Assembly (NCBI GenBank): GCA_012270975.1
Contig: JAAXHH010000141.1
Location: 122,335 to 186,334 of the forward strand
Source of the DNA: Candidatus Latescibacterota bacterium
GTDB taxonomy: Bacteria; JAAXHH01
Length of the DNA: 64,000 nucleotides
Direction of reading: 5' to 3'
A program made the translations under genes and the position numbers. Below are positions 34,536 to 44,065 of this stretch, one piece after another (the first letter of the stretch is position 1; each line of letters opens with the position of its first letter). The notes under the pieces were generated by a model. That model worked only from the letters and a program-made list of their open reading frames with translations, made no database searches and had not been told where the DNA came from.

Positions 34536-35891
34536 TCAGCCGCTTCCAGGTTGCTGCCAGCGATTGGACAGGGGCCGGATATTGAGCATCATATCCTCGT
34601 AGCCGCTACGCATGGCTCCGGCGCGGAATCGCCAGATGATCAGGACGACCAGGAAGATGCCGCCAGCCCATTGTATAAATTGCAGGGTAGCGGACTCGGA
34701 AGGAAGCAGGTTCACGGAGACGGTAATTCCCGTTGCCAGCAGCATGATGTCGATGCCGATGCCCAGGGCGGCCGTCACCAGGATGACGGTCGTAACATAA
34801 ACGGCCGCGAACCGCGTGCCGAACTGGCTCATGATGATCGCGATCGTACTCGTATTGGTGGCCGGACCGGTCATCAGGAAGATCAGGGCGGCGCCGGGAC
34901 TGAACCCCTTGGCAACCAGCGCGGCGGCGATCGGCGTACTGGCGGAGGCGCAGATGTACAGCGGCACGCCGACGATGATCATGACGGGATATGAAATCCA
35001 GCGGGCGTACTCGTTGGCCATCAGATCCGCTGGTATGATAAGATACAACACGCCGCCAAGGGCGATGCCCACGAGCAGGGCGAACAGGATGTCATCCGCG
35101 ATTTCGACGAAACCGTAATGCAGGATGTGCTTGACGATCTTCTTGAAATCGAGGCCCGGGTATTCTTCCTCGACGACATCCTCCCTGGTGGCCTCATCGG
35201 TTTTCCTGCGCTCTACCAGGTTCAATTCGCGGTAGAAAGCCGGTTTGATCCAGGACCCGAATCTCCACGTGGAAGCGATGGTCGATATCCCTTTGAACCA
35301 CTTCACCATCAGCACTTTCATGGCGGATGGGCTTACGTAGCAGTCGTCCTTGTCGGAGAGGAGCGTATCGTGTCCATGGTCGTGATCATGGTCGTGATCG
35401 TGATCATGGTTGTGGTGATCATGTGCGTGATCTTCCTCTCCCGGCCGTGCCTCGCCGCTGTCGTCCCGGATCAGGCCGATACAGAAGATGCCCGCTACGA
35501 CGGCTGTGATAAAGCTGATGACCGGACGAATTACGGCGACAATGAAACCAAAGAAGGCGTTGGTGACGAGAATGGAGTCAACCCCGGTCTCCGGCGCCGT
35601 AATCAGGAAGGCCATGCAAGAGGACCGGGAAGCGCCTTTTCGTCGCATTTCGGCCACTACGGGAACGACGGAGCAACTGCAGAGGGGCACCGGCACGCCC
35701 ACGGCGGAACTGATGGAAACCGACCGGAGGCTGTCGTCCTGCAGCCATCGGAGTATCGCCTCCCGGGAGATAAAGACATGAATCAGGCCCGACAGCAACA
35801 GGCCGAGAACCAGCATCGGACCCAGCAGGAGGAACGACATCCAGATGAAATCGAAGTATGCGGTGAGCATGTTGCCGAATTCTACGACCAT
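34536..35891 (-). CDS. COG0701/DUF318-type permease (putative metal transporter) with a cytoplasmic His-rich loop
   Basis: 451 aa, multi-TM. It has paired Cys (PLCSCSV) and the loop HAHDHHNHDHDHDHDHDHGHD. ATG at 35889-35891. Confidence 0.7.
   Translation of the reverse strand: MVVEFGNMLTAYFDFIWMSFLLLGPMLVLGLLLSGLIHVFISREAILRWLQDDSLRSVSISSAVGVPVPLCSCSVVPVVAEMRRKGASRSSCMAFLITAPETGVDSILVTNAFFGFIVAVIRPVISFITAVVAGIFCIGLIRDDSGEARPGEEDHAHDHHNHDHDHDHDHDHGHDTLLSDKDDCYVSPSAMKVLMVKWFKGISTIASTWRFGSWIKPAFYRELNLVERRKTDEATREDVVEEEYPGLDFKKIVKHILHYGFVEIADDILFALLVGIALGGVLYLIIPADLMANEYARWISYPVMIIVGVPLYICASASTPIAAALVAKGFSPGAALIFLMTGPATNTSTIAIIMSQFGTRFAAVYVTTVILVTAALGIGIDIMLLATGITVSVNLLPSESATLQFIQWAGGIFLVVLIIWRFRAGAMRSGYEDMMLNIRPLSNRWQQPGSG
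35366..35430 (-). repeat. Coding microsatellite-like tract (GTGATC/ATGGTC hexamers) encoding the (HD)n His-rich loop of the permease
   Basis: The plus-strand sequence catggtcgtgatcatggtcgtgatcgtgatcatggttgtggtgatcatgtgcgtgatc is internally repetitive and prone to slippage. Confidence 0.6.
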
Positions 35892-36288
35892 TTAGCGCTT
35901 TCCGCCGGTTTGATTATCGGGAGTGCTCTTAATACCTGATGAAGGGATCGATCAAATGTCTTTAATCGGGAATCAAGCCGGTGGACCCGACTTGAAAAAG
36001 CAAGATACCGAGGCGTATAAAAAGTGCAATGAAAATGTTTCAACGTTTCAACTATCCCAATCGTATGCGATCACGCGGTTCGCCGCGACGGATGTTTCCG
36101 TGAACAGACTTCCGCTTGATCTGTTGTGAAGCCATATATAACATGTAAACCGGCGGAAAGCATGAGGAGTTGTGAGAAATGCGTGAGTAAGGTATGATGG
36201 ATGCTTCTCGCACGCGTCCACCCAGTCTTTCTTGCCTTGCGGTTCCAGGACAAGGATCTCGCATTCACTCGGATCGGGGGCCCTGGTA

Positions 36289-37722
36289 ATGGACTTCGAC
36301 ACGTACGAACTGGACGCCGCTTTCTACGACGAGATGTTCCTGCCCGATGGCAATCCGCGCGATCATTGCCGCACGCTCTACGAATCCCTGCTCCGGCTTT
36401 CCGGTGAAGAACTCGTTCGCATGCAGGAACGGGTCGCCCATTCCTTTTCCAGCGAAGGCATCACCTTTACGGTTTACGGCGACGAAGAGGCCAACGAACG
36501 CATCATGCCCGTCGACTGCCTTTCCCGGCTTATTTCCGCGGGAGAGTGGCGGCGGCTGGAAGTCGGCCTCACCCAGCGCCTGAAGGCGTTGAACCGGTTT
36601 CTGGGCGATGTCTACGGACCCGCCCGTATCGTCGCGGACGGAGTTATACCCGTCGACATGGTGCGGGGTTGTCCCCAGTACCGGGTGGAAATGCGGGGCG
36701 TGCCCGTGCCCCACGAGACCTATGTCGCGGTCTGCGGAACCGACCTGGTACGGACGAACGAGGGATTCCACGTCCTGGAAGACAACCTGCGCGTGCCCTC
36801 CGGCGTCTCCTACATGGTCGCCAACCGGAAAGTGGTCAAGACCAATCTTCGAAGGCTGTATCGCAGTTGCAGGGTGCGTGAGGTCGAGCACTACGGCCGT
36901 CTGCTGCGCGCAACGCTGCACGAGCTCGCGCCCCGCGAAGAAACCGACCCGTACGTGGTACTCCTCACTCCCGGCGTGTACAACTCGGCGTTCTACGAGC
37001 ATATCTACCTGGCGCATGAGATCGGCGCAACCCTGGTGGAAGGCCGCGACCTGCTGGTCGATGGAGGGTTCGTATACATGCGCACCACCTCGGGTCTGCG
37101 CCGGGTGGATGTCATCTACCGCCGGGTGGACGACGATTTCCTGGATCCCCTCGTGTTCCGTACGGACTCGCTTCTGGGTCTTCCAGGCCTGATGGGCGTA
37201 TACAGAGCCGGAAACGTGACCCTGGTAAACGCGCCGGGCACCGGTGTCGCCGACGACAAGAGCGTTTACGCCTACGTGCCCGAGATGATACGCTACTACC
37301 TCGGTGAAGAACCGCTGCTCAGTAACGTGAAGACCTATATCTGCCGTCGGCCGGAGGATCTGGAGTATACGCTGGACAACCTGCGGGACCTCGTCGTGAA
37401 ACGGGTGGGCGAGTCGGGAGGATACGGTATGCTGGTCGGCCCCGGGTCGACCCCCGGGGAAAGGGAAGCATACGCCCGCGAGTTGCGCACCAATCCGGCC
37501 GATTTCATCGCTCAGCCCGTGCTCGACCTGTCACGCGCGCCGTGCCTCATTGACGGCCGGACGGCGGCACGGCACGTTGACCTGCGCCCCTTCGTGCTCC
37601 ATGGACGTGAGACGCGCATCGTCCCCGGTGCGTTCTGCCGCGTGGCGCTGCGCGAGGGCAGCCTGGTCGTAAACTCCAGCCAGGGCGGTGGCGGCAAGGA
37701 CGTTTGGGTTCTGGGGGAATGA
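36289..37722 (+). CDS. Circularly permuted ATP-grasp family protein (COG2308 / DUF404-DUF407)
   Basis: 477 aa from ATG 36289 (MDFDTYELDAAFYDEMFLPDG...). The family-typical organisation is followed by alpha-E and transglutaminase-like genes. The stop TGA abuts the next ATG (TGAATG). Confidence 0.75.
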   Translation: MDFDTYELDAAFYDEMFLPDGNPRDHCRTLYESLLRLSGEELVRMQERVAHSFSSEGITFTVYGDEEANERIMPVDCLSRLISAGEWRRLEVGLTQRLKALNRFLGDVYGPARIVADGVIPVDMVRGCPQYRVEMRGVPVPHETYVAVCGTDLVRTNEGFHVLEDNLRVPSGVSYMVANRKVVKTNLRRLYRSCRVREVEHYGRLLRATLHELAPREETDPYVVLLTPGVYNSAFYEHIYLAHEIGATLVEGRDLLVDGGFVYMRTTSGLRRVDVIYRRVDDDFLDPLVFRTDSLLGLPGLMGVYRAGNVTLVNAPGTGVADDKSVYAYVPEMIRYYLGEEPLLSNVKTYICRRPEDLEYTLDNLRDLVVKRVGESGGYGMLVGPGSTPGEREAYARELRTNPADFIAQPVLDLSRAPCLIDGRTAARHVDLRPFVLHGRETRIVPGAFCRVALREGSLVVNSSQGGGGKDVWVLGE

Positions 37723-38691
37723 ATGCTGTCTAGAAGCGCACAGGGTCTCTACTGGATGGCACGGTATCTCGAGCGTGCGGCGCACCTGTGCCGGCTGATG
37801 CAGCTGCAGGTGGAAACGCTGGTGGACCGTCCGCTCCGTGAGATTCACTTCGGGTGGAACCGGGTGTACAACAGCATGAATCAGTCGCCTCCCGCCGGGA
37901 CCCTGGAAGCCTTTCGCAGCGACGACTACACGCTCGCCGATTCATACACCCTGGCCGACCACCTCACCTTCGAACCCATGAACCCGGATTCCATCTGGAA
38001 CTGCTTCGCATTCGCCCGGGAGAACGCGCGGCAGGTCCGCAATTACATCAGCGCCGAGATGTGGCTTTCTTTGAACATGGCCTATCTGCGATTGCAGGAA
38101 CTCAACATCCAGGAGATCTGGAAGACTACGCCTGAGTCGTTTTATGCCGGTACGGCAGAGGAGATCAACACCTTCACCGGCGTGACCGACGCGACCATGT
38201 ACCGTGACGACGGCTGGCATTTCATCCAATTGGGCCGGTACATCGAGCGGGCGCAGCTATCCGCCGCGATTCTGTTGTCACAGATCGGCGCCAATGAACG
38301 GGAGGATGAGTCCTTCGACGCGGACTGGGCGAATCTGCTGCACGTGTTCCATGCCTTTGACGCGTACGTGCATACCTACAGCGTTGTCGTTCAACCCGGC
38401 CAGGTACTCGACCTGATCGTGATGGACGCGATGTTGCCGGGGTCGGTCCGCCGGTCCCTGGACATGATCGGCGCGGTACTGGGCTCAGTCGGTGCCGGTC
38501 CGGCGTCTCGTTCGAGCGAGGAGGCATCGAAGCTGAGCGCCTCGCTGTGCGCGCTTGTCCGGGAAGGTCGGAACGACGTGATGGCTTGGCACACGGTGCT
38601 TGGTCGGATCAACGTCGAAAGCAGATCGCTTCACCAGTGCGTCACAGACGCATACTTCGACTATCCGTTGGGGGCGCATACCGCTCACTGA
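37723..38691 (+). CDS. Alpha-E domain protein (COG2307 / DUF403)
   Basis: 322 aa. Its start MLSRSAQGLYWMARYLERAAH is the typical N-terminal motif of alpha-E proteins partnered with circularly permuted ATP-grasp enzymes. Confidence 0.75.
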   Translation: MLSRSAQGLYWMARYLERAAHLCRLMQLQVETLVDRPLREIHFGWNRVYNSMNQSPPAGTLEAFRSDDYTLADSYTLADHLTFEPMNPDSIWNCFAFARENARQVRNYISAEMWLSLNMAYLRLQELNIQEIWKTTPESFYAGTAEEINTFTGVTDATMYRDDGWHFIQLGRYIERAQLSAAILLSQIGANEREDESFDADWANLLHVFHAFDAYVHTYSVVVQPGQVLDLIVMDAMLPGSVRRSLDMIGAVLGSVGAGPASRSSEEASKLSASLCALVREGRNDVMAWHTVLGRINVESRSLHQCVTDAYFDYPLGAHTAH

Positions 38692-38697
38692 CGCCAT

Positions 38698-39613
38698 GGC
38701 AGATACCGTCCGATACCAGATCGAACATGTGACAAAGTACCGTTACAGCCTCCCGGTGCGGACTTGTTCGATGTACCTGGCGCTTAAACCCTTCGAGGAT
38801 AGCAGCCAGCGCGTAAACCGGTTTCTGATCGAGACGGAACCGGCAGGTTCGCTCTTCCAGTTTACGGACTGTTTCGGTAACACGAAGCACCAGTTGCACC
38901 TGTACCGCGAGCACCTCTTCCTGGATATCACGGCGCGATCCGCCGTTGACATGATCCCCGCGGATTCGCCGCCGGAGCGGTGCGACGACGGAGCGTGGGA
39001 GACCATCCGGGGCTGGCGCGACTCGTTACATCACTGGGACTTTCTGGATCACAGCGGCCTGGCGCGTCCTTCTTCCGTCCTCGATCAATTCGTGCGGCGT
39101 AACGAGATCGAACCCGAAGGCGATCCGCTGACCGCGTTGAAACGGCTCTCCGACCTGCTCTTCGATCGCTTCGATTACGTACCGGGAAGCACCTCGATCT
39201 CTTCTACGATCGAACACATTCTGGACACCGGGCGGGGGGTATGTCAGGATTACGCCCATGTCATGATCGCCATCGCGCGAACCTGGGGGGTACCTTCGCG
39301 GTATATTTCGGGGTATCTGCATGATGTAACGGCCCGGGGCGCGGCCGGCGGAGGAATGACCACGCATGCCTGGGTGGAGTGCCTGTTGCCCGGACTCGGA
39401 TGGACCGGATTCGACCCCACGAATTCGACCTTCGTCGACGAGCGGCATGTGCGGGTCGCGGTGGGGAGAGACTACCAGGATGTTTCACCCACGCGAGGCG
39501 TGTTGCATGGAGGGGGGGACATCCGGCTGGACGTGGAGGTGCGCATGCAGCCGGTGCCCGGGAACAACAGCGATCGCGCAATCAGATACAAGAGGAGCCG
39601 CTCCGATGAATGA
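38698..39613 (+). CDS. Transglutaminase-like superfamily protein with an N-terminal Bact_transglu_N domain (COG1305)
   Basis: ATG 38698 gives MADTVRYQIEHVTKYRYS. The papain-like core has GVCQDYAHVMIAIARTWGVPSRYISGY...HAWVEC...GFDPTN (Cys-His-Asp). The upstream part of the track ORF (38600) overlaps the alpha-E gene. Confidence 0.8.
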
Positions 39614-41522
39614 CCGCGCCCGGCATGACATGGACCACGAGGCCGGCCCGCCAGCGCCGGCGCACACGCCGTTCCATGAACGCCACATGGTGGATTCCTT
39701 GAAGGCGTATCTGCTCGACCGCATCCCCGGGTTCAAGCTTCCTGACGCGGAAACGTGGGAAGAAGAAGCCGGGAAACTGCGCCAGGCCATGCTGGACGAG
39801 GTGATTTTCAAGGGTGTTCCCGGGGAATGGAGGTCGGGCCCGCCGAATGTCGAATGGAAAGAAGTCATTGAAACAGGAAAGGGATACCGGATTCGCAAGC
39901 TGACCTACCGGGCGCTGCCCGGATTGGTGATCCCCGCCCTGCTCTACGAACCCGACCAGTTACCGGAAACGACCCCGGGCGTGCTGAACCTGAACGGACA
40001 CGTGGGACCGCCCGGGAAGGCGGTGGACTACAAGCAGGTGCGATGCGTCAACCTGGCCAGGCGGGGCATGTTGGCCCTGAATCCCGAATGGCCGTGCTTC
40101 GGCGAGCTGCAGGGTCCGGGATACCAGCACAACAACGCCAGTTACCTGGACCTGTGCGGTGTTGCCGGCATAGCCGTGTTCTACCTTGCCATGAGCCGCG
40201 CGCTGGACGTCCTGCTGGCCAGTGACCATGTCGATCCCACACGTATTGCCGTGACCGGCCTGTCCGGCGGCGGCTGGCAGACAATCGTCCTCGCCGCCCT
40301 GGACACCCGCGTACGGCTTGCCGTGCCCAACGCCGGCTACATCGGCCTGGACAGCCGGGTCAACCACCGCGCCGACCGGGGCGACATCGAACAGAACGCT
40401 GCTGATCTCGCCGCGACGGCCGACTATCCCCTGCTCACGGCCATGCTTGCGCCGCGGCCGGCCCTGTTGCTGTACAACGAGCACGACGACTGTTGCTTCC
40501 GGACCGCCAGGGCGAAGCCTTCGGTATTTGAACCGGTCCGACCGCTTTATGCCGCACTGGGGAGGGAGGACGCCTTTGCGTTTCACAATAACAAAGATCC
40601 GGGCACCCATAACTACGAGCGGGAACACCGGGAACGATTCTACCGGTTTCTGAATCGTCATTTCCTGCCGGGTAATCAGTGCCGCGACGCGGAGATCCCG
40701 TCGGAAGACGAAATACGCACAGAAGAGGAGTTGACGGTCGGAACGCCGGAGGGGAACGCCGATTTCGTTACCCTGGCCCGGTCCGTCGCGGACGGGCTCC
40801 AACGTGGAAAGCCGCCTCGTGAAGCCTCCGCCCAGCATCGATGGCGACGCGCGGCCGTGGAAAGGCTCGAATCCGTTCTGCGTTACCGGGCGTTTCCGGT
40901 CGAAGACGTAGTCGAGGTTTCCTCGAAGATTAGTAGCGGCGTTCGGGAGACCTGCCGCCATTACCGCCTGAGGAAGGGTTGGGTCCTTCCCGTCGCGGTA
41001 TCCTCGCCTCTGACGCAAGCGCAAGCTAACGGGAAAACCCATGTGATCTTGACCGATGAGGGAATGAGCGGCGTGGCGTCCCTGGTAGAGGAAACCCTCC
41101 GGAAGGGATCTACCGCATTGGCGGTCGAAGTGATCATGCAAGGCGCGTGCGGACTGGGCAAGGCACCCCACCAGTGGACGATGATGCTTTCATCGAGCGG
41201 CGGAAGGATGCTGGGACTCCAGGTCGCCCAGCTCGCGGCGGTCATGGATCAAGTGGAAACGCCGGGGCTGGGCGTGGTCGCCTCAGGACCGGTGTCTTCC
41301 GTAATCGCCCTTATGGCGGCAATCATGTCCGATCGGGAAGTGGATGAAATCGTAGTATACAAAGGACTGGACAGCCTGCGCCGCCTGATCGACGAACCTG
41401 GCCGGTATGAAACCATGTCTTCGCTTTTCTGCTTCGGTCTGCTGACCTCATTCGATATCGAGGATCTCGTTACACTGGCTCATCCCGCACGGGTTGACCT
41501 GAAGTCTGTCGTGGACCTGTAA
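39606..41522 (+). CDS. Alpha/beta hydrolase (acetyl-xylan-esterase/dienelactone-hydrolase-like serine hydrolase) with a ~250-aa C-terminal extension
   Basis: ATG 39606 (MNDRARHDMDHEAG...) overlaps the previous stop. The nucleophile elbow is GLSGGGW. A C-terminal domain of unknown function follows. Confidence 0.65.
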   Translation: MNDRARHDMDHEAGPPAPAHTPFHERHMVDSLKAYLLDRIPGFKLPDAETWEEEAGKLRQAMLDEVIFKGVPGEWRSGPPNVEWKEVIETGKGYRIRKLTYRALPGLVIPALLYEPDQLPETTPGVLNLNGHVGPPGKAVDYKQVRCVNLARRGMLALNPEWPCFGELQGPGYQHNNASYLDLCGVAGIAVFYLAMSRALDVLLASDHVDPTRIAVTGLSGGGWQTIVLAALDTRVRLAVPNAGYIGLDSRVNHRADRGDIEQNAADLAATADYPLLTAMLAPRPALLLYNEHDDCCFRTARAKPSVFEPVRPLYAALGREDAFAFHNNKDPGTHNYEREHRERFYRFLNRHFLPGNQCRDAEIPSEDEIRTEEELTVGTPEGNADFVTLARSVADGLQRGKPPREASAQHRWRRAAVERLESVLRYRAFPVEDVVEVSSKISSGVRETCRHYRLRKGWVLPVAVSSPLTQAQANGKTHVILTDEGMSGVASLVEETLRKGSTALAVEVIMQGACGLGKAPHQWTMMLSSSGGRMLGLQVAQLAAVMDQVETPGLGVVASGPVSSVIALMAAIMSDREVDEIVVYKGLDSLRRLIDEPGRYETMSSLFCFGLLTSFDIEDLVTLAHPARVDLKSVVDL

Positions 41523-41534
41523 TTCGAACTCGAG

Positions 41535-42746
41535 CTACAACGCGGCCCGGATGGCGTCGATGACCAGGCGGGGCGGCAAGGTACGCAGGCAAAGGGCGCC
41601 CCGTGTGACCGTTGACGTGAGAGGTTCGTGCCGGCACGTCATGAAGCAGCCCCTGCAAGACCGAAAATCCGGATGAAAGACGGTGCGCAGATTCGTATAG
41701 CCGTAACTGCGGGGATAAGGGAAGAAGTAGCCGAGATGGCTGTCCGGACAAACACATATCGTGGACTTACCCAGCGCCGCCGCGATATGACTCAGCCCCG
41801 AATCGAGTCCGACGAACAGGCGCGCCTCCCTGATCAGCCGCATTGCTCCGGGTAACTCGATTTCTATAACGCGTACGTCAGGTAAGGCGGTCCGGTCCAG
41901 GTCCGAGGCCTTCCCGGGCTCAACCAGCGCGACAAACTGTTGATCCGGAAAAGCACTGATCGTCTCCGCCCAGTGCGAAATCGGGTAGTCCTTCCTCCTG
42001 TTCGCGCTGGTGGGTTGCCACGCCACGTATTCCCCGGGTTCTATCCCGAAACGGCGGCATTCCGCCGTACCGGATCCGACATGGCCGAGGTCCGGGCGCC
42101 ACCGTTCCCCGTCTGCCGTTTCCACGCCGCATTGCGCGAGCACCTGCCGGATGTAATGGACGTTGTGATCCAGTATATGGCATCCGTCGTCTTCGGCGCC
42201 GGAATCATCCGTAACTGCGTTTGTCGGTACGATTTCGTAACCGGCCGGATATGGCCGCTCCGGCGCCAGATCTTTACCCAGGTGGTACCCTTCGTAGAGG
42301 AACCTGCGGTCTGCCTGAAGGGCGGTCAGCAGGGAATCCAGGGTGAACAGGCCGCCGTAGAAGGTGTGGATGTCCGCGACGACGTACCGGAAAGACTGGT
42401 TCACGACCCGTTCGAGCGATGCGGCCTGACCGGATTCAGTTTCCGCCTCGGATGGATCGGGAAACGACAGGAAAGCGTCGACGAACGGTTCCACGACGGG
42501 CTTTACGTGGGATCTTCCCAGGAACCACACCGGACGGGGGTGAAACCACCGGCGCAACTGCTTCAGATGCCCCGTGGCCAGCACCACGTCTCCGACCCGG
42601 CCCCATGACACGTACAGAACGGGCCTGGGTTCCGCGTTCGATGGGCGCGATACCCGGACCGCCCATCTCCGGGTCCTGCCGCGTGATCTGCGGTTTCGGC
42701 ATGCGAAGAAGATGCGGTAAAAGAAGTTGTTGATCGGTTTCCACAT
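41535..42746 (-). CDS. Glycosyltransferase family 9 (ADP-heptose:LPS heptosyltransferase-like)
   Basis: 403 aa. The N-terminal region has GRVGDVVLATGHLKQL, and the C-terminal region has VGLDSGLSHIAAALGKSTICV. The N-terminal 40 aa are unusual, so the start is uncertain. Confidence 0.7.
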   Translation of the reverse strand: MWKPINNFFYRIFFACRNRRSRGRTRRWAVRVSRPSNAEPRPVLYVSWGRVGDVVLATGHLKQLRRWFHPRPVWFLGRSHVKPVVEPFVDAFLSFPDPSEAETESGQAASLERVVNQSFRYVVADIHTFYGGLFTLDSLLTALQADRRFLYEGYHLGKDLAPERPYPAGYEIVPTNAVTDDSGAEDDGCHILDHNVHYIRQVLAQCGVETADGERWRPDLGHVGSGTAECRRFGIEPGEYVAWQPTSANRRKDYPISHWAETISAFPDQQFVALVEPGKASDLDRTALPDVRVIEIELPGAMRLIREARLFVGLDSGLSHIAAALGKSTICVCPDSHLGYFFPYPRSYGYTNLRTVFHPDFRSCRGCFMTCRHEPLTSTVTRGALCLRTLPPRLVIDAIRAAL

Positions 42747-42852
42747 ATCATGCAGGGGTCAATCGCAGACCGGCTCCGTGACTTCGGAATCTCCCTCGGC
42801 ACGGGCATCGGTTTTATTGAATGAGACCCCTGCCCCTATTGTATAGATGTAC

Positions 42853-42882
42853 TTGACAGGATTTACTGATATTACGTAATTG
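42853..42882 (+). promoter_or_regulatory. Putative promoter for the efflux operon (TTGACA-18-TAATTG)
   Basis: cttgacaggatttactgatattacgtaattgg lies 70-100 nt upstream of ATG 42953 in an AT-richer divergent intergenic region. The -10 match is weak. Confidence 0.3.
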
Positions 42883-42952
42883 GGGCCACCTCGGCAAGCC
42901 GGCAATATCGGACTGAAACAGGGCATGGCAGCAAGGCAAGGAGCAGGCATCG

Positions 42953-44020
42953 ATGATCACCGGTAACAAGAGTCGGTTGGGTTTGGCCGCATGCATGGCC
43001 GGTGTATTCGCGGCCACGGGCTGCAGTGAAAGCGGCAGCGCCGCCAACGAAGCGGCAGCCGTGGAGGAGACGCGGTCTGTAAACGTGGTGACCCGGGTGG
43101 TCGAGCCCCGGAAATTCATCAATCATCTCAGGCTGGTAGGCGAGGTCAAGCCGGTCCGGCGCGTCGTGGTGAGTATCGAGGCAACGGGACTGGTAAGGCG
43201 CATCGAGGTTGAAAAAGGCGAGTCCGTGCGACAGAACACCGTGCTGGCCCGGTTGGACGACGAACTGCTCAAGGCTGCCGCGGACGAGGCCGAAGCGGCC
43301 GTAAACGCCAGCGGCCTGACCCTGCGCAACCAGAAGCGGCTGCTGGAGCAGAAAGCCCTGGCGGAGTCTGTTTACCTCGACACCAGGTACCGCCATGACA
43401 TGAATCTCGCGCGGAATCAACAGGCCCGGACCTACCTGAGCAAGACGGTCATCCGGGCGCCGATCTCCGGCGTGGTGGACAGCCGCAATCTCGAGGTGGG
43501 CGAACTGGCTACGCCCGGAATGGAGTTGATGGAACTGGTGGATATCGACCGCGTCAAGATCGAGGCCGGTGTCCCTGAACGGCATTTGAAACACGTCTCC
43601 GACGGCACGCGGGCTACCCTGACGTTTCCCGCCTATCCGGACGTCATCCTGGAAGCGGATATTTCCTATATCGGAACGACGCTGGACCCGGACAGCCGAA
43701 CCGTACCCGTGGAAATCACGCTGGATAATCCGGCGCACCGGCTCAAGCCCGAAATGGCCGTCACCATCCGCGTTGTGAAAGACAACATACCGGAAGCCAT
43801 CGTCATCCCGCAGGACGCCGTAATCGACACCGATCAGGGCCGGATCGTATTTCTGGCAGACCGGAACGTCGCCCGGTCCGTGCCAGTCGCACTGGGTTCG
43901 ACCTCGGGCGACCAGGTCCTGGTCACGAATGGGCTGGCGACGGGCGATACCCTTATCGTCGTCGGCCACCGGAACCTGGTTAACGGTGAATCCATTCAGG
44001 TCAGAAACGACGGGATTTAG
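42953..44020 (+). CDS. Efflux RND transporter periplasmic adaptor (membrane fusion protein), lipoprotein
   Basis: 355 aa. The lipobox LAACMAGVFAATGC is followed by a biotinyl/lipoyl-like hairpin and a beta-barrel typical of the HlyD_D23 family. Confidence 0.85.
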   Translation: MITGNKSRLGLAACMAGVFAATGCSESGSAANEAAAVEETRSVNVVTRVVEPRKFINHLRLVGEVKPVRRVVVSIEATGLVRRIEVEKGESVRQNTVLARLDDELLKAAADEAEAAVNASGLTLRNQKRLLEQKALAESVYLDTRYRHDMNLARNQQARTYLSKTVIRAPISGVVDSRNLEVGELATPGMELMELVDIDRVKIEAGVPERHLKHVSDGTRATLTFPAYPDVILEADISYIGTTLDPDSRTVPVEITLDNPAHRLKPEMAVTIRVVKDNIPEAIVIPQDAVIDTDQGRIVFLADRNVARSVPVALGSTSGDQVLVTNGLATGDTLIVVGHRNLVNGESIQVRNDGI

Positions 44021-44065
44021 CCCGGCAACCCCGTTCGCCCCGCATTTCCACTGGAGTATCCTTAC

